This document shows, one piece after another, positions 1 to 13,664 of a stretch of DNA of 64,000 nucleotides. The stretch is from the human T2T-CHM13v2.0 reference genome, Homo sapiens. A model generated the notes under the pieces. That model saw only the letters and a list, made by a program, of their open reading frames with translations, was not told the DNA's origin and searched no databases. Each line of letters opens with the position of its first letter. The first letter of the stretch is position 1. Made by a program: the position numbers and the translations under genes. The stretch is from NCBI RefSeq assembly GCF_009914755.1, contig NC_060944.1; one strand, 5' to 3'.

Positions 1-439
1 GAGAGATTTGTGAGGAAAATTTGAAACAATGTTGATTCTGAATGTTTTTAAAAATTTCTAATATTTATGAAACAACTGTATCTCAGATGAGCTTCAATTT
101 GCAAGGCATCATTCCATTTTCATTTTTAATTCTCTGTTCCAATGCCTCTGCTAAGAAATAAGCATTTTCTCATAGGAAGAGATTATTCCTTTTAACTTTT
201 TTTCAATTTTAATTTTTATTCAGCCTCTTACCTTTTTGCTAAAACCAAAAGTTCAAAAGAAAGGTGATCAGGGCACTCCCAGGAATTTTTTAGCCATGTG
301 AGAATATATGGTGAAATGATTCAAGTAGATGCAACATGGTCTACTGGAAAAGCACTGAGATTTTGAGGAGAAAACTTAGCTCTGCCATTAGTTAATTGTC
401 ATCAAGGTCTTCCTATGAAAATTGTAGTTCAATTTTCAA

Positions 440-830
440 ACATTTATTGTTTTTCTCCAAAGTGCTAGGCATATGCTTTTGTGCTGGAGATGAAAGATGA
501 ATAACATGTAGGTGCTGTTTTTGAAGAACATCACTGAAGAGAGAGTGAGCTAAAACAAATAATGATTTGTGTGCTAGAATAGAGCCAGGTTGTACAGAAA
601 GGTTCTATTAATAGCGCTCAGTGATCCCTGCAAAAGAAGCATTTGATTCTGTCCAAAGAGATGAGTACAGAAAAAGCCAAAGAGAAGAAATGATATTTGA
701 TTTGGGATTTTGAAGGATGAATAGGATTTAACCAGATGAATACATTGGAGGAAAGATATTCTGGTAGGAACACTGTGAGTAAACAACTGTAGGACTTTGG
801 GAGGGATTGTGAGTAGAGTGTGCAAGACGG
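440..830 (-). mobile_element. Old L2 LINE fragment (3' end, antisense)
   Basis: Begins 'caaacatttattg...gtgctagg...gtgctggagat', typical of a reverse-complemented L2 3' end; boundaries approximate. Confidence 0.55.
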
Positions 831-1447
831 AAAGTACGTTGGCATTATAATGATTCATCATCAACAACACCATGTTTGCTTGCCTGGTTGAATGTCCCTG
901 AGTACACCAGCTGACATGGATGCCAGAATTCCAGCTATGAGAATTTCTCCTCTATTTATTTTAAACGTAGGTACAAATCAGTTCTCTTTGAACCCTGCCT
1001 GACTTTGCATCATGGTTTCTTCTCCTTATCTACTTCTTTGTGAATGTGATAACTCAACTTTGGAATTGTAACTTTGTTTCTGGCATCGCATCCTTCCTAA
1101 CATGCTCATTCCAAAAACTACTCTTTCACTGCACTACTTAGGCAAGAGGCCCCCGGCCATGAGTCTCAGAGTTCTCCTCCTCATATCACCAAAGTGTCCC
1201 ATGGGTTCCAGTGGAAGGTGAGCAATAACAGTATCTCCTGCAGCCACCTCACAGAACTGTTGTGAAGGATAGAGATGATAACAGATGGACCATGTATTCA
1301 CTTTGGAGGTAAATAGACTTGGATTTAAATCCTGAGTCTGACTGAGTAAGCCAAGTCAAGTTATTTAACTTCTATGGTCCTCGATATTCTCAGTTTCCTA
1401 TGATGGGGCTAATAGTACCTACTTGGTAGAATTATTGTGAGAATTTT

Positions 1448-2600
1448 CATTCAATGAATGTGGACTGAACACTTGCTATATGTGGGCTACTATTCTAGGG
1501 CCTGGGGATGTAAAAGAGAAACAAGTCCTTGCCTCCTTGAATTCAGACTGTAAATAAACAATTAACTACATAATATAATATCAGAAAGAGTTTGGTGGCT
1601 GGAAGAATAGCAAAGGGTAAGGGGAGAGAGAGAGAGGAACAGAGTGAGAGTAGTGATATTGCAGAGGGTGTTCAAGGAAAGCATCTTACCTGCATGAAAT
1701 AAAGGGATAAACCATGTAGAAATCTGGAAGAAGAGTATTTCAGGCAGATGGAAGAGCATATACAAAACCTCTGTTATGGACTAAGTTGTATCCCTCTAAA
1801 AGGCATGTGCTGAAGCCCTCACCCACAGTGTAACTGTATTTGAAAATAAGGCCTCTAAAGAAGTAATTAAGGTTAAATGAGGTCATAAGGGTGGGCTCTG
1901 ATCCCATGGACTGATGTCCTTTTAAGAAGAGGAAGACATCAGAGCTCACTCACTCTGTGCACACACAGAGGAAAGGCCATGTGAGGAGACAGGGGAAGGT
2001 GGCCGTCTACACGTCAGGAAGGGAGGCCTCACCAGTAACCACCCCTGAAGGCACCTTGGTCTTGGTCTTCTCACCTCCAGAATTGTGAGGAAATAAATTC
2101 CTGTTGTTTAAGCCATCCAGTCTGTGGTGTTTTGTTATGGCAGCCCGAGCTCACTAATAATACAGGCTCTGAGGCTGAAATGTCCCAGGCATGTGACTGC
2201 AGCAGAGTCAGTGATGGGAGGCAGTGCTGGGAAATGCCTTGGAGAAGTAGCCAGGATCCAGGACACCTTTGCCATGATGAGGAGTCAGGACTTGATGCCA
2301 AGGGAGATGGCTGTCTTTGAAGCATGTGCTTCAAGGAGTAAAATGACATGTGTTTTTAAAAGATCAAACTGGCTGCTATGTGGGGAATTGACTCTGGGCC
2401 AGAGACCATGGTCTTGAGAGCAGTTAGGTAGACAACAGGAGCCCCTAGTGGAGTTGGTGAGAAGTGGTTGGGATACATTTTGGAGATGAAGCTGACTGAA
2501 TTTGGTAATGGATTGGATGACGAATGGAAAGAAACGAGTCAGGATGACTCACTGGTTATTGGGCTGAGCATCCGAGTGAGTGATGGTGTTTTTGTGGAGA
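1448..2600 (-). mobile_element. L2 LINE fragment interrupted by an MLT1A LTR
   Basis: L2-like sequence ('cattcaatgaatg...gaacacttgctat', 'tttaaaagatca..ctggctgct', 'gagtcaggatgactc') on both sides of the LTR. Confidence 0.65.
1772..2164 (+). mobile_element. MLT1A-type MaLR solo LTR
   Basis: TG...CA ends; hallmark 'gtaattaaggttaaatgaggtcataagggtggg', 'aataaattcctgttgtttaagcca', 'ttttgttatggcagcc'. Confidence 0.85.
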
Positions 2601-2639
2601 CTGCCACTCTTACGTCTGTAATGCTATTCTGCAGACACC

Positions 2640-2960
2640 AGTGTGGCTCACTCTCTCCCGTCTTGCATGTCTTTCCTAAATGTCACCTTCTGATTCAGAC
2701 CTTCCCTGGGCAGCCTTTTAAAAATTGCATTGTTTCTCTGTTTCCCTGTCATGCCTTTCTTTTCTCTATAGTATTTATCCCCATCTAACATATTATATAT
2801 TTTACTTACCAATTTTATTTTCTTCTAAAATGTATATTTCATGCATTTTTATCTGTTTTGTTCACTGCTTTTTAGTTCACATGTCTTGAACGTGGTCTGG
2901 TATACAACAGGTGATCCATATTTCTTGAATATAAGGATGGATGAATGAATGAATGAATGG
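2640..2960 (+). mobile_element. L2 3' end with (GAAT)n tail
   Basis: 'tgtttttgttcactgct'-like body ending in gaatgaatgaatgaatg. Confidence 0.6.
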
Positions 2961-3011
2961 GTGAAACCTGGGGAAGAGGAATCAAGAACTTTGTTAAAAT
3001 GAGTACTAGTT

Positions 3012-3610
<599 letters not shown>

Positions 3611-4607
3611 AGTATTCTTCCTCTTCTAAGTGTGCTGCACCCACCTCTTAGTAGACTTTGGTTGGGATTATCTGAGAGTAGTCTTTTTTAGTTCTGTGGC
3701 TGTGTGAGCACATGGTTGGGAGAATGTGAGGAGGATGTGGCCATGACCAACTTTATCCTTTTGTAGCCACTCACTCCCCAGCGTCACACAAATGGATGCT
3801 TACGCAGATTTCCTATATCCTCCATAGGCTCCTATCTTTGTGCTGAGTATTAATTCCCATCTGTGTTCAAGGACGGTAATCAGGCAGGGGCAGTAATCAA
3901 AATGATGTGTACAGCAAAATCAAAGCTTTCGCATCATAATCAAAACCATGCAGTAAATTATAGGAATACGTGTTCTGGTTTAATCAATGACTGATCTTGC
4001 TTGGATGCTTGATACAGAGAAAATCAAAGATTTGGTTTCAAATTAGCCAAGGGGAACATATTATGAATGATCTCATATAACTTAGCATGCTATCACAGTG
4101 ATTATTTTTTAAATAATAAGATTTTGCTGTAGGTCTCACCACACTACTATTTTAGCATACAACGACTAAGAAAAATTCTTTAGTATTTGTCCTTACATAG
4201 TGTCTTGAAGAATGACCTGCCCTCCAAAAGCTTGTTACAGGAGAGATGATATAGGCATGAGCAAAAAATGGTGAATGTGCTTGTACCCAGCAGTGTTAAG
4301 TAAATTCCGATCTTTGCTGTGAATTGCGAGTGAAAAGTTTGGGGTGAGTATTTTATTTTTCATTGAGAAGTGAAATAATTGTTAGTTTGTTTAGTAGCAC
4401 TGGTTTTTGGGAATTTTTTTTCTTTTTTGTCTTTACACATTGCAGAGTAGCAGTAAAGAAATAGGTTGGTCTTTTAAAGGGTGTATTTCCTGCTTTTAAT
4501 AAACACAAGTTTTATGAGAAAAATAAATAAATTTCAATATAAAATTAAGATGTACAGAATATAGATTTAGCACATATAAAAAAGGAAACAAAAATCATTT
4601 TACCTTC

Positions 4608-4950
4608 ACTTTAGCCTGGGCTGATTTAACAAAACACCATAAACTGGGTAGATTTTTAACATCAGAAATTAATTTCTCATAGTTCTAGAGGCTGAGAAGT
4701 CCAAGATCAAGGTGCTGGCAGATTTGGTGTCTGGTGAGAGCCCACTACCTCACAGATAGCCTTCTTCTCACTGTAACTCACATGGGAGAAGTGGCCAGAG
4801 AGCTCCCTGGGACCTCTTTTATAAGGGCACTAATGCCATTCAGGAGGGAGGGCATCACCCTCAGGACCTCATGACTTCCCCAAGGCTCCATGTCTGAACA
4901 TCATCACCTTGGGGGTTAGGATTTCAACATATGAATTTTGGATTGGGACA
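4608..4950 (-). mobile_element. MaLR solo LTR (MST/MLT1A-like)
   Basis: 'ctggaggctgagaagtccaagatcaaggtgctggcagatttggtgtctggtgag'-type motif; ends 'gggggttaggatttcaacatatgaatttt'. Confidence 0.8.
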
Positions 4951-5666
4951 TAAAGAGTCTACTGCAAATTTCTTCATGTCAGTCACATTTTAACCAAAAT
5001 CATCTTACATGGACTTCTCTAGAGGTAGTTATATTTTTTAACCAACTGCACTTTTATATGATAACATATTTTTATATGCCACCTGCAAAAGGGCTACCTA
5101 ATGAGGCCACCTATTTTTTGTAAGTGTAAGAGACTCAGCTGGAAGCAAGTTCAAGTGTGAAGCACTGTCCCCTCTCTACCTGGGACATGGTGCATACAAA
5201 TGGGAGTAACATGAGCTTTGCAGGGGTCATCTTGGCCTCCTGTCCCACCTCCACCACTTACCAGTCATCATTCATTATTGTTATTCCATGAACAATGCCA
5301 CCCACAAACCCAGAGTGACTCTCAGTTCATTGCTTGTCTTCACCCAGCGTAATGCCAGTTGTGTGTCCTTAACATCTTTCTCATCTCCTTATTTTGTCCT
5401 CACTTCTCTCCCCACTGCCAATGTTTAGGCCTGCAGCAACGATTTCCTAAATTGCCCACCTTCCATCCAGCTTCCATCACACTGCTAGAGTAACACTTCA
5501 GAAAATCCAAGTTCAATCCTATTAAAATCTTATTTTAATCAGTCGTCTATTTAATTATTTTTATTATTGCCCATTACTAGGATAGAGAATTCCAAGTTTG
5601 TCAAGTAATGAACTGCATGATATTCCTGGTCTCTTTATTCAAAGTCATCTCCTACTTATACCCCTA

Positions 5667-5673
5667 ATGTGTG

Positions 5674-5720
<47 letters not shown>

Positions 5721-5726
5721 ACACAC
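5667..5726. repeat. Compound (TG)/(CG)/(CA)n microsatellite
   Basis: Directly visible: gtgcgcgcgc followed by (ac)19. Confidence 0.95.
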
Positions 5727-5871
5727 CATCTTGCCTTCCAGGCACCCTCAGCCACCTTTACTACTCCTGGCATGCTGTCTCCTGCACAAGTCTCATTGCC
5801 TTTACCCTCTGTGGAATTTCCCTCTCTGTGCTCTTACCAGATCACTTTATAAAGTTATTTTTAAATATGCT

Positions 5872-6304
5872 TGTGAAAATAAATGAAGATCACATGAACA
5901 AGAACAGAGGTGATTTATTTAGAGTTTGCAAGAGAATCAACCACTATCAGTTGCATTTGGCACAGACTTAAAGGAACACAGAAAGATAGGAAACCTTTAG
6001 AGTGAAACAAAGAGCAGGTTCCAGGTACGCTGTGGCATGAGGAAGCTGGAGTTGAGCTAACTAGACGTGAACATCTGATGTGGTTGGTTTGGGAAGCAGA
6101 TCTTGCTTCCTCCGGTTGATTCTGAGTTGAAAGGAGGGAGCCAAGAATAGGGAAGCTGGCAGTCATTGACTGTATCGTGACTGTTGGGGCCAGTTGCTGT
6201 AGAGGTTGTGGTTTGGCTTCCAGCTGGTTGCTGCAGAGGTGGTGCTCAGAATTCTGTTGTCATATATTGTCTGGCCATTGTCCGTTTGTATATTTCATCT
6301 CTCA
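5872..6304 (-). mobile_element. ERV1-class solo LTR (MER87/MER90-like; subfamily uncertain)
   Basis: TG...CA ends; near 4-bp TSD tgct/tgat; minus strand begins 'tgagagatgaaatatacaaacggacaatggccagac'. Confidence 0.65.
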
Positions 6305-8891
6305 TGATCAATCAATATTTTTTGAATGAGTACATGAATATTTCATCTCAGTAAGTGATCATTCCCTCCTCATCCATCTTAATGATAAAATTCTAATGTC
6401 CTAGGTTCTTTATCTTTCAACAAATTATGTTTCCCTTTCTTAATGGGTAGAAAAAGGAAGCTTCCCCATAGGCCTAAATGTGCTGATTTCAAGAGAAAGC
6501 ATACTTCTTTGCAACAAGAAATTGCCCAGGCCTTCACTCTTAACCACTATGCTACATCAACGTCCTTAGATGAAACAGAGACTTGGGGGCATATATTTCC
6601 CAATTTTTCAAAATCCATTTTTATCGCATATTCAATTTGGCCTGCTTACCTTATTTACATTACCTGCCTGGGATGAAAGACATTTGAGGTTGTCATTCTG
6701 GACTCTTAAGTAAGTTCTTCCTTTAAAGTAAAGAAGCTGACCTTCCAAGCTAATTTATCCCACTTAACAAGAGTAATAATAACACACCACCCACTCCAGA
6801 AAGGAAATCATGCAGATGAATGAAATAATGTTTGTACAGAGCTTGACACTCCATAAAATACTCTAATAACATGGTGTCTACACTTTGAAATGTTCAAATC
6901 CTATTTCAATAGAATTAAAAGCCATGAAGAATAAAATGTGAATTGCTTGTCAGACTTTTACATAGAGGTGCAGGGTGATACTGATGCCATTAGACAATTT
7001 AAAAGCTGGGTTTTAGCAAAGTTTCTGAGGAATCTGATTGGTTTGTGGGGGAGAAAGTGATGGTGGTACTTATTCATATCCATTTTTGTAGAAAAACAAT
7101 AGGTTATAACATGAACCGAGAAACACTTACGCAGCTAAATTTACAGAAATCTGTCTACTCATCTCCGAGGAAAAGTTTTGGCTAAGCAAGTTAATTTTGT
7201 CGTTAGACATTTGCATAGTAATTGTATTGAGTCTGAATGTGCATCTGCATGGAAAGCATGTTTTTTCAATCCTGTTCTTTGGACATGGATTAATATAGAT
7301 CCTGGCGAGTCCTTAAATAATAAATTATTGAAGTTGAATGCTTAATTACTTTACATTTAGATCTTTTATAACCAGATGCTTGAACCCCTAGTCTGCCATG
7401 TATTGCTGCTGCCTTTATTGGTGTTACCAGGTAATAGTCACCTGAGTTTTTCACATGGTCTTGGTTTGAGGGTAGTCTACTAAAGAATGCCCACATATAG
7501 TGTTTCAAATATTATTAAAGAGTGATAATTAAATGTGCCTGATGTATAAAAAGCATGTGAGGTCATTTAAACTAACACTTTTATTGTGATTGTTGTGAAG
7601 GTTATCAAAAACTTGATCATGTATATTATCTAAAGGGATTGTTACAAACCTCAAGTGACTTCAGGTCATTGAAACCATTGCATGTGGTGACCAGCTACAG
7701 AGGCCATGACATTTTTCCCTTGCCTATTGTATCCAAGGTTATTTTGCAAATCACCGCTTTGCATGGTACAACCTTCGGAGTTTCTAGAAATTGCCTGGAG
7801 TGATAAACCAGAGTATATTCAACAATAGGATTTCCTAGAATTAGTGGGAGAGGTGTAATTAAGTTACTGTGTAATATATTTCCCCCAAATGATAAATATC
7901 AATATGTGAACACTGAATATGTGCTCCTATGAAGCCACCTTAAGTGGCAGTTTTTAGCTCAGAAATTGTGAACCAATGTTTTGTCCACCTGAACCAGTTT
8001 GGGTGGATGGAAAAGACTTAAGGGCAGATTTCAGAACTTGTTTTTCTTTGTTAATTCAAAAATGATTCTACTAAACTCTAGATGAGATCAAGTGGTGATA
8101 GAGATATCAGCTGAGTGAGTTCTGTTTTCTGGAACTTTCTTGAATCTTTATTAGTAATTCATAGCATTTTTCTAGATTTCATGGCTGCAGTTTCATATTG
8201 ACATCATCCAGTATCACTCTAAAGGGACTCTAAAACTACCCTTCCTGGCATTCATCTAAGAGCTGGGAAGCCATCCGCTTATACCTGGCTTAGAATATCA
8301 TTTTTAGAGACATGACCACAAGCCTGCTGACATTCAAGAGCATGGCTTAAGTGCATCCCACTCAGAGCTTTGTGAATTCTTCTTGTAAATTATGATGCCT
8401 ATTCAAGATTTAGTGGGAATACTCCCTCTTCTCAAGCATTTATCAAAACACAAGGTGAATGCATTATCCACATTAACTGCTGTTCAAAAATTCTGTCCAA
8501 AAGTTTTGTTTCAATATAGGCAAAGTTTCTGTGTGATGCCTGGCATATGGCCAACCATATAGGATGGCCATGATCTTTATTACTGATTTCTTAGTGTTTA
8601 TTTTGAATGTAAAGTTCTTTATGTTTTTCCTAAAAGTTCCTCACTGTTTCCCTCACTCACCCACTAGCCCACATATTCACATATTTTACTTGGTTGTGAC
8701 TATTTGAAGAAAGCCCTTAAAGCTTTTTTCTAAAGCCCCCCATTTAAGATTTTCAAGTACATAGGAACCACTGGGGACTCTTACTACCATTCTGATTCTG
8801 TAGGCTGGGGCCTGAGGGTCTTCATTGCTAACTAGCTCCTAGGTGATAGGAACAGTGCTGAGAGCACACTTTGAGTGGCAAGTCTCCAAAG

Positions 8892-9075
8892 CAGTGCTGT
8901 CTAATAGAACTTTCTGTGATGATGGAAATGCTTCATATCTGTGCCATCCAAATGAGTGGCCACTTGCCCGATGTGGTTAATGAGTATTTGAAATGTGGCC
9001 AGTGCAACTCAGGAACTAAAATTTAATTTTATTTAGTTTAATTAATCTAAATTTAAATAGATACCTACCTTATTT
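8892..9075. mobile_element. MER3 hAT-Charlie DNA transposon fossil (MER5-like fragment just upstream, ~8725-8880)
   Basis: 'cagtgctgtctaatagaactttctgtgatgatggaaatg...tttgaaatgtggc'. Confidence 0.75.
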
Positions 9076-11114
9076 GACTATGCTAGGGGACTTAATTAAA
9101 GTCTTTATAGCTCCTTGGCTTTCCCCAGTCTTGAGAAAAAGAATCTGAAAGTCGAGGGCTCTTTCTTATCTCCAATTTTCCAGAATCTTGCATAGGGCCA
9201 AGAATATTATGTATGCATAGTAAATGACATTCCTATTAAGAGGTCTAGTCTGCAGTTTTGGGGGCAGACTCATAGAACTGTCAAATAATAAAAAGATTTG
9301 ACTTTGAAGCTATAAGACATGGTGGGTAGGTGGCTCAGCCTCTACCACTTACAGGATAATTTCTGACAAGTCACTTAATCCCTCTAAGCATCAATTTCCT
9401 CATCTCAAAATAGCAATCATGATTATGGTAATGTAATACCTATCTCACAGAGTTGCTGTGTTATGCACATAAAATTCCTGGCAAATTATTTTTTTCAAGT
9501 GATACTTGCTCTGCAAATGCTAGTTTTTGTGGTTATTTCAGCATGAATTTCTTTTTTCCCCTAATTAGTTATATTTCAGTAAAACAATAGAGGAAGGTAC
9601 CCTGTGTGGACATAGTTGCAATCCAATTGAGAGGTTAAATAATAACACAAAACTACATGCAGTTTTGTATCATTTCTCATGTGGAGAAAGTAGTTTCGAC
9701 GGTCAAGGAGGAGGGCTTCAGCATGTTACTTTGATTCTTTGCATTTTATATTATTTTATGTGGAAGCAAACAATATTTTTGGCCTGGGATTTTGTGTTGT
9801 TTGATTTAATTCCCTCATAAAAATGTGTCATAAATGCTTTGCTAATTGTGATTGAAATTTCATAACTCTATCTCATCTTAAAAATATCCCATTCCAATTT
9901 GCTGAATACATAATTTCCCCTTGTTTAAAGTTATATAATGGACATATTTTCTCTTTGTTTTTCTTGAGTATATTTGCTTTGAAATAGCTTTTTTGTTTTT
10001 CATACCCTCTGTTTATATATATGTATATATGTAAATATATGTGTATATATATAAACGTATATATGTATTTACACACACACATATGTATACACACATATAT
10101 TAATCAAAAGCATTGCCTACTTCAAGAAAATAAGAAAAATCACAAGGGGTAACATTTCGCAAGTGTGCAAAGCACTATTCTAAACACCTTACATATATAA
10201 ACACGTTGAGTTGTCACTGAGGCTGAGTAAACCTTTAAGCTCTTTTACTGTCTGCTGTGGTGTTGAGTTCTGAAAATATTGATAGTCCTCTTATCACTGG
10301 TAATGACATGACGTGCCATCCAATGACCTTTGTACAATCATGATTTATGTATAGGTTGAACTAGGGGCATCGCCATTTAAGAACGATTAAGACAAATCAA
10401 GGCATTTCTGAAAGAGAACAGATTGATTTTGTTTCTTAAAGTATTTATAGCTTGTAAGGCAGCTGTCTGCTTTTGTATATTCTTAAACAAGCATCATAGA
10501 CCTTATTCAATAATTTAAGTGTTTTCTTTAGAACTGTTTTGCAGCAAACCGAACTTCCCATTTGCATTGATCAGTGTTTTCACCTTCATTCTAGATTACA
10601 TTTTAAAGTAAACCAACCAATTTGGATAAATGTAAACGCAATCACTTGTTAACAATCTTCTGAGACTGAATCGGTGCTGGGTATTTCTGAGTTTCTATGG
10701 AAGGAAAATAGTTCAAAGTTCAGATTGGCTGTCTCACCACCTAAGCTCCATGCCTTGCCCCTTGCTTTCCTCCACAATAAGGCTTAGACGCAAAACACTT
10801 CGTTTTCCTGATCACCACTCAGGCATGAGAGACCAGGTGATCTATGGCTGGCCAATAGGCCAACAACAAGTAGGGAGAACCTCCTTTCATGAGTAGAAAG
10901 GCAAAGCATTGTGAAGGGAGCACCTTTCTATATTATTCCAACCTCGAATAAATGAGAATTTATTTATTTATTTTATTCCAGTTTGTTCATTTATTTCTTA
11001 TACGCTCTAAGAGGCAACTCAGTATGTTGATTATTTTTTTCAGATTCATGCCCATTCATCTTCTTAAAGTAGAGTTTCTACAGATGCTCCAGGATCAGTC
11101 TGACCTAGTACAGA

Positions 11115-11117
<3 letters not shown>

Positions 11118-11164
<47 letters not shown>

Positions 11165-11180
11165 TGTGTATGTGTGTGTG
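11118..11180. repeat. (GT)n microsatellite, ~23 pure units plus degenerate tail
   Basis: Directly visible. Confidence 0.97.
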
Positions 11181-11239
11181 CTCCTGCATGCTTTTAATTA
11201 TATATTGAAGATATGCTAAAATATTTATAATGCCTCTCA

Positions 11240-13650
11240 AAGATTCAAAGAATAATAATAAAATAAGCAGCTTTCCCTACCTTAGAGACCTTCTGTGTAC
11301 CCTTCCCTTATCCCTTCATTTTCTTCCCTACCAACATAACCACTGATCTGAATTTTGCATTTACTTTTCTCATTCTTCTCTTACAGTCATACTACATACC
11401 AGGCAGCTCTAAAGATATATTGTTTAATTTTACATGTTTTGGACTTCTTTAAAAAAAGAATCATACTGAACAAAAATGGAATCATATTGCATGTATTCTT
11501 ATGAAACTTCATTTTTCATCCAATAATGCTACTTGAAATGTATTTATGTTGATGTAGTTACTACAGCCATTTTTCACTGCTCTATATTTGTCTCACTTTT
11601 GCCAGGTTTAATTTTTTTCTATTTTATCCTTTGAACTAGCTTGAAATTATATACTTCACTCTTTTTTCTAATCTCTTGGTTACTCCAGAAATTTTGGCTT
11701 GTATACGTAACTTTAATCAAAATCTTTATGATTCTCTTGAATGATAAAATATGTTCAGCATTTTAGCTTCAGCTATTTAGTCTGGTATTTAATTACACCT
11801 TCCTAAACCACACACATTAGACATTTTTACTACAATCAATGCTTATAGAAATTCACTCACATATTTATCAGCATTTTTTTTATTTACCTCTCCTTCATGC
11901 ATCTCTGACTTTGCATTTGGGATTATTTTCCTTCTGACTGTAGTTGGTTCTGTAGGAAATCCTCCCGGGAGTATTGTTAAATATTTTCCATTTGTTTGAA
12001 TGAAAAATGGCCTTTTGAAATCTTTTGTATTAAAAGTTGGATGCACTGGGTTTTCAGTTCCCGGTTGACAGTTGTTTCTTCTTGGCACATTGGCAGCAGT
12101 TTCTCCTATAGTCTAATATTCACTGTTGCTGTTGACAAGTCATGGCAATTGTTATTCCTCTGAAGTAATCTCTTCCTCTGGTTGCTTTTAATATTTTCAT
12201 GTTGTATTGGGTGTTCTGAAATTTCACTAAGTCTCCAGGTATATGTCTTTCTAAGTTTCCTCCTCAGGATTTGTTGTGCTTCCTAAATCTGAGGTTTGAG
12301 GTAATCAGTTCTCTAGCATTTATAGCCCATTGCTACTTTGCCTCCCTCCCATTCATTCTGTTTTCCTTTTCTCAATAGACTTTTCCACTCTGTCGTGCCC
12401 TCCAACAACTTTCTTATGATTCCAACCTAGCTGTCTCACTGTGCTGCCTTCTAAATCACTTTTTCATAACTATCTTCTAGGTCAATAATTTTTCCTTCAG
12501 CTGTGTCTAATCTGCTGATAAAACATCTGTAAGGAACATGACTGTGCTGCACCCAAGCAGGCATAGGCCAAGGTAAACAACCTGGATGACTCAGCAGGTT
12601 TGTGGTACAAGTGCATAGTCCCATGTCTTATATAATCATAGCTGTGTAGAGATAACATAGAAAAGTTCACCGCCATAGCCATAACATAGAGAAGCTCACC
12701 ACCTAGCTCTCAGCCACTATTGTTTGTGTAATGTATAAAAGTAACACTGACCCTGTGAGGCAGCTGCTGAATAAAGCCATGTCTCATCTACCTGCTGTTT
12801 CTCAAGTGTTCTTCCAGCTCCCTGCCCCACATCCACCCACTCCCCCTCAGCCCTCAGCTGGGGTTGGAACTTGACCCCAAGCATGACAACATCCATTGGT
12901 TTTTAATTTTAATTACCATATTTTTAATTCCTAGATATTCTTTTTGCTTTATTTTAAAATTGATTTGGTCATTTTTTAATAGTTACTTCTTCCTTAATCA
13001 TATTATCATCTTCTTATTTATTTCCTGAAATGTGTTAGACATTCTTAGATAATTCCTATATCTATTAGAATTATGGGTTGAAGTTGTTTGTTATTTGTGC
13101 TCTTCTTATTCATGTTGACTTGTTATTTTATATATTATATATTTTCATGGAACTTTCTTTTAAGTGTTGTCTGAGACCTGGGTTCACGTCAAGGATGATT
13201 TTTGTTTGCTTCAAGTAGCTGTCCACAGAGGTAGAGGTGGGAAATCAACCAGTGGCCAATAAATTCATTCCCCAACTCCCTACAAAAGTAGTATGATGCA
13301 AGCCATAAACTCAAATACCGACCAGGTTGTGGGTATGAAATCTCTTTGGAGATTTTTTTTTTCCTTCACTTAGTGCTCAATTCATCAGGCAATTTCCCTT
13401 CTTGTTTTCTGAAAGAATTTATTGCCAGTTACAGCTTATGCTGCTGTTCCAATTGTATAAGGGATCTCTAGTGAGACTCCCCACATTGCAAAGTCCTTAG
13501 ACTTTTTCTCTGATTGCTCCAACTCACACATTTGAAATCATACAAATGGAAGCTCATGGTTGCCAAGACTCAGCAGATATCTTCAGGGTGAAACCTGGAG
13601 TCAGTGTTAATGTCTCTTCAGAGTCTTTAGTTTGTTTTCATCCTTTTCCA
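11240..13650 (-). mobile_element. Ancient L1M (L1ME-like) fragments, antisense
   Basis: L1 3'-end motifs ('aatggaatcatattgcatgtattctt'); minus ORF 11843-12088 weakly resembles the L1 ORF1 C-terminus; boundaries approximate. Confidence 0.55.
12528..12888 (+). mobile_element. LTR18 (ERVL-class) solo LTR
   Basis: Starts TGTAAGGAACATG, ends CATGACA; perfect 5-bp TSD acatc (12523-12527, 12889-12893); TGACTCA, TATA-like box and AATAAA inside. Confidence 0.85.
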
Positions 13651-13664
13651 GCAGAAGAGCCCTA

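Noticed and set aside
5598-5971. His/Thr-repeat ORFs (and the Cys/Val-repeat ORF at 10952-11197)
   Set aside because: Translations of (CA)n and (TG)n microsatellites
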